Assembly: GCA_964194585.1 (NCBI GenBank)
Contig: CAXMNG010000251.1
Span: 1 to 46,459, forward strand
Reading direction: 5' to 3'
Origin: Salibacteraceae bacterium
GTDB lineage: Bacteria > Pseudomonadota > Gammaproteobacteria > HK1
Length of the DNA stretch: 46,459 nt
In this document: one piece after another, positions 26,107 through 34,914 of the stretch
Numbering within the stretch: the first letter of the stretch is position 1
Layout of the letters: every line of letters begins with the position of its first letter
Position numbers and translations under genes: made by a program
Notes under the pieces: generated by a model
The model's input: only the letters and a program-made list of their open reading frames with translations
What the model was told of the DNA's origin: nothing
Databases searched by the model: none

Positions 26107-28800
26107 ATGTCCAAGCTGCAAAAGCACCTGGTATTGGTTGACGGGTCCTCATATCTGTATCGGGCCTTTCACGCGATGCCTTCGCTCAGCAATTCCAAGG
26201 GCATGCCGACGGGCGCCGCCTACGGCATAATGAATATGCTGCGCAGACTTCTGGCGGATTACGATCCATCGCATCTGGCAGTAGTCTTCGATGCAAAAGG
26301 AAAAACATTTCGCGACGATCTGTATTCCGAATACAAAGCCAACCGTCCACCCATGCCGGACGAGATGCGGCAACAGCTCGACGCAATTCGATCCCTCGTG
26401 AGAGCTCTCGGGATGCCGCTTCTGGAGGTGCCGGGCGTCGAAGCCGACGACGTTATTGGAACCCTCGCCAAGCAAGGAAAGGATAGTGGATTCGACGTCA
26501 CGATATCTACTGGCGACAAGGATATGGCACAGCTTGTCAACAGATCCGTGACCATGATCAATACAATGGATAACAGCCGCCTCGATCCGAAGGGAGTGGA
26601 GGGTAAATTCGGCGTTTCGCCCGAACAAATGGTCGATTATCTGACACTCGTCGGCGATGCGGTGGATAACGTTCCCGGTGTTCCAAAGGTTGGACCGAAG
26701 ACGGCCGTCAAGTGGTTGAAGGAATACGGATCTCTTGACGCCGTTATCGCACACGCCGACGATATCGGCGGCAAGGTCGGTGAGAACCTACGCGGATGCC
26801 TGGATCGTTTACCGCTCTCGCGTCAGCTGGTGACAATAAAATGCGATGTCAATCTGGACGTCGGCCCCGATGATCTCGAGCGCACGACTCCGGACAAGTC
26901 CCGGCTACGCGATCTGTATGCCGATCTCGAGTTCAAGACCTGGTTGGCGGAGATTCTCGCCGGCGACGAGCTGGGGGCGGAAGAGAAGCCGGAGGTAAAT
27001 TACGAGATTGTCCTGGAGAAAAAACAGTTCGCCGCGTGGATTAAGCGCCTGGGTGAGGCTGAGAATTTTGCCTTCGACACCGAAACCACGAGTCTCGATT
27101 ACATGCGGGCCGACCTGGTTGGCGTGTCTTTTGCCATCGACCCAGGTGAAGCGGCCTACGTTCCCTGCGGCCATGATTACGACGGCGCGCCGAAACAGAT
27201 TTCCCGTGAGTATCTTCTGGCCGCATTGAAGTCGCTGCTGGAGGACCCGAGGCACGTAAAAATCGGGCAGAATCTCAAATACGACATGAGCGTTCTTGCG
27301 CGCAGCGGTATCAATCTCGAGGGAGTGGGTTTCGATACGATGCTGGAATCCTATGTGCTCGACAGCACGGCGACCCGCCACGACATGGATTCGCTCGCGC
27401 TGAAGTACCTCAGCCATCGCACCATTCATTTCGAGGACGTCGCGGGGAAGGGAGCCAAGCAGCTCACCTTCAATCAGGTCCCCCTGGACAAAGCCGGACC
27501 CTACGCGGCGGAAGACGCGGATGTGACGCTTCGGTTGCACCAGACGTTGTGGCCGCGTCTGCAAGACGAGGCGAGTCTCGCGCGATTGTTCGAGGAGATC
27601 GAGATGCCGCTGGTGCCGGTGCTTTCACGGATTGAACGCAATGGCGTGCTGGTGGAGCGGGGAATGCTCGAGGCTCAGAGCGTGGAGCTCGCGGCGAGCA
27701 TGAAGGACATCGCTGCCCAGGCCTACGAGGCCGCGGGTGAAGAATTCAATCTCGCCTCGCCGAAGCAGATCCAGGGGATTCTGTTCGAGAAGCTCGAGCT
27801 GCCGGTATTGGAGAAAACGCCCAAGGGGCAACCATCGACGGCGGAATCCGTGCTCCAGGAGCTTGCCCATGACTACCCGTTGCCGAAGCTCATTCTCGAA
27901 TACCGCGGCATGAGTAAGCTCAAATCCACTTATACCGATGCCCTGCCTGCCTGCATCGACCCTGAGACCGGCCGGGTGCACACCAGCTATCGTCAGGCCG
28001 TGGCCTCCACGGGCCGGTTGTCTTCCACCGATCCGAATTTGCAGAATATTCCGGTGCGCACGCCCGAAGGTCGACGAATTCGTCAGGCTTTTATCGCGCC
28101 CACGGGCAGTTGTATTCTGGCCGCCGACTATTCGCAGATTGAATTGCGCATAATGGCGCACTTGTCCGGCGACGAGAGACTGATGGAGGCGTTCGAGTCC
28201 GGAGAGGACATTCACCGTGCCACCGCGGCCGAAGTATTCGGTGTCGCCCCGAAGAAAGTGAGTGACGACGAAAGGCGCAGCGCGAAGGCCATCAATTTCG
28301 GCTTGATCTACGGCATGTCCGCTTTCGGTCTCGGACGTCAACTGGGCATTCCCCGCCGCGAAGCACAAGAGTACGTGGATCTTTATTTCAGCCGATATCC
28401 CGGTGTGAAGCAGTTCATGGACGACACGAAGGAGCGCGCCCGGGATTGCGGCTATGTGGAAACCGTCTTCGGCCGGCGACTGTATCTTCCGGAGATCAAG
28501 TCGCGCAATCCGGCGCGGCGCCAATATGCCGAACGCACGGCCATCAATGCGCCCATGCAGGGAACTGCAGCGGATATCATCAAACGCGCCATGATCACCC
28601 TGCACCGATGGCTCGAAGAAAGCGGCGCCGCGGCGCGCATGATCATGCAGGTGCACGACGAGCTGGTTTTCGAAGTGGCCAAGGATGCCGTCACCGATGT
28701 GCAAGCCGTTGTCGTAGCGCAGATGGAGGCGGCGGCCGAGCTAAGCGTGCCGTTGAAGGTCGACGCCGGTGTAGGCAAGAATTGGGACGAGGCACATTGA
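26107..28800 (+). CDS. polA: DNA polymerase I
   Basis: 897 aa from ATG 26107 (MSKLQKHLVLVDGSSYLYRAFHA). 5'-nuclease, 3'-5' exonuclease (FDTETTSL) and polymerase motifs (DYSQIELR, QVHDELVFE). Confidence 0.96.
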   Translation: MSKLQKHLVLVDGSSYLYRAFHAMPSLSNSKGMPTGAAYGIMNMLRRLLADYDPSHLAVVFDAKGKTFRDDLYSEYKANRPPMPDEMRQQLDAIRSLVRALGMPLLEVPGVEADDVIGTLAKQGKDSGFDVTISTGDKDMAQLVNRSVTMINTMDNSRLDPKGVEGKFGVSPEQMVDYLTLVGDAVDNVPGVPKVGPKTAVKWLKEYGSLDAVIAHADDIGGKVGENLRGCLDRLPLSRQLVTIKCDVNLDVGPDDLERTTPDKSRLRDLYADLEFKTWLAEILAGDELGAEEKPEVNYEIVLEKKQFAAWIKRLGEAENFAFDTETTSLDYMRADLVGVSFAIDPGEAAYVPCGHDYDGAPKQISREYLLAALKSLLEDPRHVKIGQNLKYDMSVLARSGINLEGVGFDTMLESYVLDSTATRHDMDSLALKYLSHRTIHFEDVAGKGAKQLTFNQVPLDKAGPYAAEDADVTLRLHQTLWPRLQDEASLARLFEEIEMPLVPVLSRIERNGVLVERGMLEAQSVELAASMKDIAAQAYEAAGEEFNLASPKQIQGILFEKLELPVLEKTPKGQPSTAESVLQELAHDYPLPKLILEYRGMSKLKSTYTDALPACIDPETGRVHTSYRQAVASTGRLSSTDPNLQNIPVRTPEGRRIRQAFIAPTGSCILAADYSQIELRIMAHLSGDERLMEAFESGEDIHRATAAEVFGVAPKKVSDDERRSAKAINFGLIYGMSAFGLGRQLGIPRREAQEYVDLYFSRYPGVKQFMDDTKERARDCGYVETVFGRRLYLPEIKSRNPARRQYAERTAINAPMQGTAADIIKRAMITLHRWLEESGAAARMIMQVHDELVFEVAKDAVTDVQAVVVAQMEAAAELSVPLKVDAGVGKNWDEAH

Positions 28801-28815
28801 CAGGACCGCCCGCCG

Positions 28816-29562
28816 ATGCTTTTGATTCCAGCGATTGACCTGAAGAGTGGTCGTTGCGTACGTCTGCGCCAGGGACGCATGGACGACGAAACGGTTTTCT
28901 CCGACGATCCGTTGGCCGTGGCCCAGCGTTGGGTCGATGCAGGTACCCGCCGGCTGCATATCGTCGACCTCGACGGGGCCGTGAGCGGCCGGCCGGAGAA
29001 CGCGGAAGTCATTCACAGCATTACGGAAAGATTTCCCGATTTGCCGGTGCAGGTCGGTGGCGGCATTCGCGACGACGACACCATCCAGTCTTACCTGGAT
29101 GCCGGCGTAACATACATTATCATCGGCACCAAGGCGGTGAACGCTCCCCACTTCGTCGCGGACGTTTGCGCGGAATTTCCGGGTCACATTTTCATCGGCC
29201 TCGATGCTCGCAAAGGAAAGGTTGCCACCGACGGCTGGTCGAAGTTGTCCCATCACGACGTCGTCGATCTGGCGCAGCAGTTCGAGCGCCACGGCGCGGA
29301 GTGCATCGTGTATACGGATATCGAGCGGGACGGGATGCTGACAGGCGTCAATGTCGAGGCGACCGTGCGGCTCGCTCGATCGATCAAGATCCCCGTTATT
29401 GCTTCCGGGGGCATCCATACGATCGACGACGTGCGCGTGCTCTGCGAGGTTGCCGGCGAAGGAATCATTGGCGTGATTACCGGTCGTGCAATCTACGAGG
29501 GCAGTCTCGATTTCCGCGAGGGCCAGAGCCTGGCCGATCGTATCGCGGCGGGCGAGTCGTAG
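28816..29562 (+). CDS. hisA: ProFAR isomerase HisA
   Basis: [32 protein letters not shown]; 248 aa. It starts 15 nt after the polA stop. Confidence 0.95.
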   Translation: MLLIPAIDLKSGRCVRLRQGRMDDETVFSDDPLAVAQRWVDAGTRRLHIVDLDGAVSGRPENAEVIHSITERFPDLPVQVGGGIRDDDTIQSYLDAGVTYIIIGTKAVNAPHFVADVCAEFPGHIFIGLDARKGKVATDGWSKLSHHDVVDLAQQFERHGAECIVYTDIERDGMLTGVNVEATVRLARSIKIPVIASGGIHTIDDVRVLCEVAGEGIIGVITGRAIYEGSLDFREGQSLADRIAAGES

Positions 29563-29565
29563 ACC

Positions 29566-30360
29566 GTGGGTCTCGCGAAACGCATTATTCCTTGCCTGGA
29601 CGTGGACGCCGGACGCGTCGTCAAGGGTGTGAACTTCGTCGCTATTCGCGATGCGGGTGACCCAGTGGAAATCGCTCGCCGATACGACGACGAGGGTGCC
29701 GACGAACTCACCTTTCTCGATATCACCGCGTCATCGGACGAACGCGACACCATCGTGTCGGTGGTGGAAACGGTAGCGAGCGAGGTATTCATCCCACTCA
29801 CAGTGGGAGGAGGGGTGCGCGCATGCGCCGACATACGACGCCTGCTCAACGCCGGAGCCGACAAGGTTTCCATAAATACCGCCGCAGTCGCGCATCCCGA
29901 CTTCGTCGGCGAAGCGTCGGCGCGTTTCGGCGCCCAGTGCATTGTCGTCGCCGTCGACGCAAAGCGTGCAGCGGAGAAAGTTGGGGGCAGCGACGGACAG
30001 GAACCGGGGCCGCGCTGGGAGGTGTTCACCCATGGGGGCCGCACCCCCACCGGACTGGACGCGGTGACATGGGCACGGCGCATGGCCGAGCTCGGCGCCG
30101 GTGAGATACTGCTCACCAGCATGGATCGCGACGGGACCCGCAACGGCTTCGATCTGGAGCTCACGCGCGCGGTGGTGGACGCGGTGCCGGTGCCGGTGAT
30201 CGCTTCGGGGGGCGTGGGCAACCTCGAGCATTTGAGTGACGGCGTTCTGACGGGCGGCGCCGATGCCGTGTTGGCTGCGAGTATCTTTCACTTCGGCGAA
30301 TACAGCATCGGTGAGGCGAAACGCAGCATGGCCGCCCGCGGCATCGAAGTCCGGATGTAG
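29566..30360 (+). CDS. hisF: imidazole glycerol phosphate synthase cyclase subunit HisF
   Basis: [35 protein letters not shown]; the GTG start lies 3 nt after the hisA stop. Confidence 0.95.
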   Translation: MGLAKRIIPCLDVDAGRVVKGVNFVAIRDAGDPVEIARRYDDEGADELTFLDITASSDERDTIVSVVETVASEVFIPLTVGGGVRACADIRRLLNAGADKVSINTAAVAHPDFVGEASARFGAQCIVVAVDAKRAAEKVGGSDGQEPGPRWEVFTHGGRTPTGLDAVTWARRMAELGAGEILLTSMDRDGTRNGFDLELTRAVVDAVPVPVIASGGVGNLEHLSDGVLTGGADAVLAASIFHFGEYSIGEAKRSMAARGIEVRM

Positions 30361-30367
30361 CCTGTGC

Positions 30368-30416
30368 GGCAGTGCGGAGGGCACTGCCGGGGACAGATTT
30401 TAAATCTGTCCCCGGC
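30368..30416. repeat. two abutting stem-loops after hisF; the second is a copy of the palindromic element GGGGACAGATTT-N-AAATCTGTCCCC
   Basis: GGCAGTGC (30368-75) pairs with GCACTGCC (30381-88). GCCGGGGACAGATTT (30386-400) pairs with AAATCTGTCCCCGGC (30402-16). There is no U-tract, so terminator function is only possible. Confidence 0.7.
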
Positions 30417-30492
30417 ATGTCCTACACTTAACCGGATGGGCAATTCCAGAACAAACCGGGTCAACGGCTAGGTCAGCTCTCAGGGATATCGC

Positions 30493-32325
30493 GTGGAACT
30501 CAGCCTAGAAATCTCCGGCGATCAGATCGCGGGCGCCCGGGATTATCAAGAAGACGCTTTCCTGACGACCTATCTCGATGACGAAAGCGGCGAATCGAAG
30601 TCTTCGGCGCTTGTCGTCGTCGCAGACGGTATGGGTGGTCACGCAGCCGGCAACATCGCCAGCAACATGGTGGTTTCCACCTTCAATAAGACCTTCACGG
30701 GTAAGTTCGGAAAGCAGGACCCGCCTGGGGTGCTACGCGGAGCGCTCAAGAACGCCAATGAGGGGCTCAAGGAATCCATCGAGGAAACGCCCGGCCTGGA
30801 CGGCATGGGCTGCACCATGGTCACGGCGGCCATTACCAAGGGCAAGATTTACTGGATCAGCGTCGGCGACAGCCATCTATACGTGATCCGCGATCGCGAG
30901 ATCACCAAGAAAAACGAAGACCACAGCTACGGCGGCTATCTGGACCGCATGCGATCCCAGGGCATCGACGTCGAGGCCGAGGCAGGGCTGTCGCGCAACA
31001 TGCTGATGAGCGCCATGACGGGGGAGGAGATCGCGGAAGTGGATTGCCCGAACGCGGGCTACCAGCTGTTGCCCGGGGACCGTGTGATCATCGCCAGTGA
31101 CGGCCTGGACACCCTGGAAAGCGAGACCATTCTAAAGACCTCCGCCTGGTCCCACACGCCTAAGGAGTGCGTGGCCGGGTTGCTGAAAGCGGTGGACGAA
31201 GCCAAGCGTCCGCGTCAGGACAATACCACCATCGTGGTCGTCGACGTGGTCGAGCGCCAGCCGGTGGAAGGCCGGGCGCCGGCGCCACAGGCTGCGGCGG
31301 TGGAAGTCGCGCCGGCGCGGGCAGAGTTTGCGCGGGAGCGCGATCTTCCGACCAAGCCGAGCGGTGGTCACAAGGGACTGATTTTTTCCCTCATTTTGTT
31401 GCTGGCCGCGGGAGCCGGCGGCGGCTACGTGTACATGACGGGTATGTGGCGGAACTGGCTGCCAAAGGATCAGGCACGTACTCAGCCGCCGCGAGTACAA
31501 CCCGAGCCCGTGAAAGTGCGGCCCGAGCCGGAGCCCGAGCCCGTGAAAGTGCAACCCGAGCCCAAACCCGTGCCCGAGCATCTTCCGCCGACCGCTGTCA
31601 GGGAATTTCGGGACAGTTTGAAATCCGGCGGCAAGGGACCGGCGATGATGGAAATTCCCGCGGGCAGCTTCGAGATGGGCAGCCCGAACCACTCCGTCGA
31701 GGTCAGCGAGAGGCCCAAGCGTATGGTGGACATACCGGCCTTCGCAATGAGCAAGTACGAGGTCACCTACGTCGAATACGAACGCTTCGCTCGGGCAATG
31801 GGGCGCAAGAAGCCGAAGAACCCGGGTTTGGACAAGAAGACCCACCCGGTGATCTTCGTCAGCTGGGACGACGCCCTGGCGTACACTCGCTGGTTGTCGA
31901 CCCAGACAGGCAAGAAGTACCGCCTGCCCACTGAGGCGCAATGGGAGTACGCGGCGCTCGCCGATACCGCCACCGCCTACTGGTGGGGACGTGAGCTGGG
32001 AAGCGGGCGCGCCCATTGTTTCAACTGCGACACCGGACTCAATCCGCGCGCCTCCACCAGCGTGGGACGCTTTCCAGCCAGCTTGTTCGGGTTGCACGAT
32101 ACGTCGGGCAACGTGGCCGAATGGGTACGTGACTGTTGGCATCCCAACTATCAGGATGCGCCTACCGATGGCTCGGTCTGGGAAGGCGGGGATTGCACCT
32201 ACCGCGTCGCGCGCGGGGGCTCTTTTCTGAACACGGGAAAATCCATACGCGCCAAGAAGCGCACCAAGTGGAAGTCTCAGCGCGGCTACGACTCGGTGGG
32301 TTTCCGGATAGTGCGCGAACGCTAG
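30493..32325 (+). CDS. PP2C-family Ser/Thr phosphatase fused via one TM helix and a Pro-rich repeat linker to an FGE-sulfatase (SUMF1)-like domain
   Basis: 610 aa. PP2C motifs YQEDAF, VVADGMGGHAAG, DGMGCT, VGDSHLY, ASDGL. TM helix LIFSLILLLAAGAGGGYVYM. PEPVKV repeats. FGE-like core HPVIFVSWDDALAYTRWLS..YRLPTEAQWEYAA..GNVAEWVRDCW..RVARGGSF. GTG start. Confidence 0.85.
   Translation: MELSLEISGDQIAGARDYQEDAFLTTYLDDESGESKSSALVVVADGMGGHAAGNIASNMVVSTFNKTFTGKFGKQDPPGVLRGALKNANEGLKESIEETPGLDGMGCTMVTAAITKGKIYWISVGDSHLYVIRDREITKKNEDHSYGGYLDRMRSQGIDVEAEAGLSRNMLMSAMTGEEIAEVDCPNAGYQLLPGDRVIIASDGLDTLESETILKTSAWSHTPKECVAGLLKAVDEAKRPRQDNTTIVVVDVVERQPVEGRAPAPQAAAVEVAPARAEFARERDLPTKPSGGHKGLIFSLILLLAAGAGGGYVYMTGMWRNWLPKDQARTQPPRVQPEPVKVRPEPEPEPVKVQPEPKPVPEHLPPTAVREFRDSLKSGGKGPAMMEIPAGSFEMGSPNHSVEVSERPKRMVDIPAFAMSKYEVTYVEYERFARAMGRKKPKNPGLDKKTHPVIFVSWDDALAYTRWLSTQTGKKYRLPTEAQWEYAALADTATAYWWGRELGSGRAHCFNCDTGLNPRASTSVGRFPASLFGLHDTSGNVAEWVRDCWHPNYQDAPTDGSVWEGGDCTYRVARGGSFLNTGKSIRAKKRTKWKSQRGYDSVGFRIVRER
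31498..31578 (+). repeat. 33-bp in-frame tandem repeat (about 2.4 copies) encoding the (Q/R)PEPVKV..PEPEPEPVKV..PEPKPVPE linker
   Basis: CCCGAGCCCGTGAAAGTGC occurs at 31501-31519 and again at 31534-31552. A third, diverged start is at 31555. Confidence 0.8.
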
Positions 32326-32362
32326 CCACGACCATGGCTGCCCCCGCCGTCTGAATACTCGA

Positions 32363-32971
32363 ATGGATGTAGTCCGACTTTTGTGCCGAGCGGGTCGCTG
32401 GGGTGTCGCGGCGGCGCTTTTGCTCCTGGTCGGTTGCGCCAAGCCCTCCATGGTGGACGATCATCTGGAGTCCGGCGGCACGCCGGCGGTGGAGTTCTCC
32501 GTCGACGACAAGTCGGTCACCTTGTCGGCTCGTTTCGATGCCGGTCTGGCCGTGGACGAGCCGTTCATCGTGGAGTGGTTGTTTCCCGATGGCCAAGTCT
32601 ATCTGCGCAAGCCGGTGCGCCGAAGCTACGACAGCTCCGACCTCATCGAGACGGCCATGCCGATCCGGGGCAAGGCGCCCGCCAGGTATCCTGGAATCTG
32701 GCAGGTACGCCTGTGGCGTGATGGTGACAAGCTGGTCGAGCAGTCCTTCGAGATTCGCAAGCCCGTGCAGACAGCGGCATCGGCCGGGGCGGGATTTGCG
32801 AGCCTCGCCTATTGCGGCCCGTCGCGCTGGAACGACCCGGTCATCAGCAGGCGCCGTTCGGGCTCTTCCGCCACCGGTGTACCGGGGGCCTGGATCGGAG
32901 GGGGGTTGCTCGAGGCCGCCGGCGCCACCTACTCGCGCGTGGTTCTGCTGACCGGATGCGCTCCCGGCTAG
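32363..32971 (+). CDS. hypothetical lipoprotein
   Basis: 202 aa. Signal peptide with lipobox LLLVGC. No recognisable domain. Same strand as, and 37 bp after, the PP2C-FGE gene. Confidence 0.6.
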   Translation: MDVVRLLCRAGRWGVAAALLLLVGCAKPSMVDDHLESGGTPAVEFSVDDKSVTLSARFDAGLAVDEPFIVEWLFPDGQVYLRKPVRRSYDSSDLIETAMPIRGKAPARYPGIWQVRLWRDGDKLVEQSFEIRKPVQTAASAGAGFASLAYCGPSRWNDPVISRRRSGSSATGVPGAWIGGGLLEAAGATYSRVVLLTGCAPG

Positions 32972-33014
32972 TGTCCGCCTTTGCCGCGCGGTTGAGTGAC
33001 CTTCATCGTCAGCC

Positions 33015-33800
33015 ATGAAAATCCGCGCCGTAAATATCGCCGACAAGCCTGCATGGCTCGCTTTGCGCCAGCGTCTGCGTCCCGCACTCAGCGACCAGCA
33101 ACACGCGCGGGACTGGAATCGAATGATGGAGCAACGCGGCCAGCGCATAACACTGCTGTGCGTCAACGGGCAGGAGGCGTTGCTGGGAATGATCGACGTG
33201 TCGCGCCGGGGGCAGGCTGATGAGCTCGGTTCAGGCCCCGTCGCCTACGTGGACGCCCTTCACGTGGAGCCGGCACAAGCGCGCGAGGCGACCGCCCGAC
33301 GCCTTGCCGAGGCGGCCGCCAGCTGGGCCCAGGCCCGGGGCTGCCGGGTGCTCGCTACCGACACCGGCCTGGACAACCAGTGGCAACAGAAGCTCCTCCT
33401 CGAGCTCGGCTTCGAGGAGCTCGCGCGCAAGGTGGTGTACCGCAGAGTCCTGGCCGTGCCGACGCCGGCCTCCCCGGCTGCCGCGACGAGCCCGGGGCCG
33501 CAGCCCCAGCCGGTGGCGGGAGTGCACGCCGGCGGAGTGGGGGAAATCGTGGGCCACGACGATGGTCCGAGCTGGTGGCCGGGTCCGACGCGTGCCGCGA
33601 TATTCGTTCTGGGTATTCTTTCCTTTTACTTCACCAACATATTCAGCGGCAGCATATTCTTCGGTTTCGTGCTGCCCGTCCTCGACGTGCTGTTCGTCAT
33701 TTACCTGTTGATGTTGTTCGTCAGCATGAAGTACCGCGGCAAGATCGGCGCCGGCGAGCGCCAGATGGACCTGTACCAGGTGCCCGACGACGGCGAGTGA
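33015..33800 (+). CDS. GNAT-family N-acetyltransferase (AAC(6')-like N-terminus) with C-terminal membrane anchor
   Basis: 261 aa. MKIRAVNIADKPAWLALRQRL..YVDALHVEPAQAREATARRLAEAAASWAQARGC..LELGFEE, then a Pro/Ala linker and two hydrophobic helices (AAIFVLGILSFYFTNIF, IFFGFVLPVLDVLFVIYLLMLFV). Confidence 0.7.
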   Translation: MKIRAVNIADKPAWLALRQRLRPALSDQQHARDWNRMMEQRGQRITLLCVNGQEALLGMIDVSRRGQADELGSGPVAYVDALHVEPAQAREATARRLAEAAASWAQARGCRVLATDTGLDNQWQQKLLLELGFEELARKVVYRRVLAVPTPASPAAATSPGPQPQPVAGVHAGGVGEIVGHDDGPSWWPGPTRAAIFVLGILSFYFTNIFSGSIFFGFVLPVLDVLFVIYLLMLFVSMKYRGKIGAGERQMDLYQVPDDGE

Positions 33801-33894
33801 AGAATGTCGGCGCGCTGGTCGCCTCCTCGGCGCTCCATAAGAGCCCGGCCCGCGGGCTGGTAATCCTCGTGGCGCTGGCCCCGTTAAATACGCC

Positions 33895-34914
33895 ATGAGC
33901 GCGATACCCGCGGTAACGATCCTCATGCCGGCGCGCAACGTGGCGGCCACGCTTGGTTCCTGCCTGGACTCGATTCAGGCGCAAAGCCTCAGGGACTTCG
34001 AGTTGCTCATCGTCGACGACGCTTCCAGCGACGGTACCCACGAGATGGTATCGGCGCGGGCGGCGGCGGACGCGCGAATACGCCTGCTGCGTGTACCGCG
34101 ACGTGGACTGGTGGCATGTCTCAATGCCGGCCTCGGCGAGGCGCGCGCAGCGTTGATCGCGCGCATGGACGGTGACGACGTGATGGATTGCGAGCGCCTG
34201 GCCCTGCAACGAGACTATCTGCAACAGCACCCGGACGTGGATGTGGTGGCGAGTCGTGTGCGCGCATTCCCGGCCGACCGGGTGCAGGCGGGGATGCGCG
34301 AGTATCTGCGTTGGCAGAACGCATGTCTCGGCAGCGACGCTCTGCGCGACGAAGTCTACGTCGAGTGTCCGATAACCCATCCGAGTGCCATGTTTCGTCG
34401 CGCCGCGGTGATCGCCGCCGGCGGCTACCGGGACGGTGACTTTCCCGAAGACTACGAGCTGTGGCTGCGCCTCACCGAGCATGGGTGCCGCATGGCGAAA
34501 ATCGACCGCTGTCTTCTCCACTGGCGTCAGCGCGACGACAGTCTTTCCCGTCGCGACCCGCGTTACTCGCGAGATGCCTTCGACCGCCTACGGGCATGCT
34601 ATCTGGCCCGCGACCGGCGCCTGCAGAGCGGACGACCGCTGGTTTTCTGGGGGGCCGGCCGGCGTACCCGCCGGCGTACCGGCCATTTCGTTGCGCTGGG
34701 CTTTGCGCCTTGCGCCTGGGTAGATGTGGATCCACGCAAGATCGGAAACCGCATTCGCGACATACCGGTGGTGGCACCCGAGTGGCTCAACCACCAGCAG
34801 CCGCGGCCTTTTGTGCTCGCATGGGTGGCGAGCCACGGTGCCCGGGCGAGCATCGAAGCCGCCCTGGCGGCTATGGGCTATGGGCGTGGAGTGGACTACC
34901 TGGCGGTGGGCTAA
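33895..34914 (+). CDS. family 2 glycosyltransferase with C-terminal Rossmann-like extension
   Basis: VTILMPARNVAATLGSCLDSIQAQSLRDFELLIVDDASSDGT and the DxD-type ARMDGDD. The C-terminal LVFWGAGRR..VDVDPRKIGNRIRDIPVV resembles NeuD/PglD N-domains. Confidence 0.85.
   Translation: MSAIPAVTILMPARNVAATLGSCLDSIQAQSLRDFELLIVDDASSDGTHEMVSARAAADARIRLLRVPRRGLVACLNAGLGEARAALIARMDGDDVMDCERLALQRDYLQQHPDVDVVASRVRAFPADRVQAGMREYLRWQNACLGSDALRDEVYVECPITHPSAMFRRAAVIAAGGYRDGDFPEDYELWLRLTEHGCRMAKIDRCLLHWRQRDDSLSRRDPRYSRDAFDRLRACYLARDRRLQSGRPLVFWGAGRRTRRRTGHFVALGFAPCAWVDVDPRKIGNRIRDIPVVAPEWLNHQQPRPFVLAWVASHGARASIEAALAAMGYGRGVDYLAVG

Noticed and set aside
30161-30418. 85-aa minus-strand ORF starting MPGTDLKSVP.
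   Set aside because: Its N-terminus is simply the translation of the palindromic repeat, and the rest is antisense to hisF. It is not a gene.
31132-33166. The 439-aa and 334-aa minus-strand ORFs (31132..32451 and 32162..33166), antisense to the PP2C-FGE and lipoprotein genes; the second also covers the GNAT 5' end.
   Set aside because: Their composition is Arg/Pro/Gly-rich and they lack motifs. The plus-strand genes carry clear PP2C, FGE, lipobox and GNAT signatures. Other long antisense ORFs (8994..9824, 10425..11429, 20663..21613, 21623..22423, 27625..28704, 33231..34521, 35373..36407, 43864..44838) are rejected on the same grounds.
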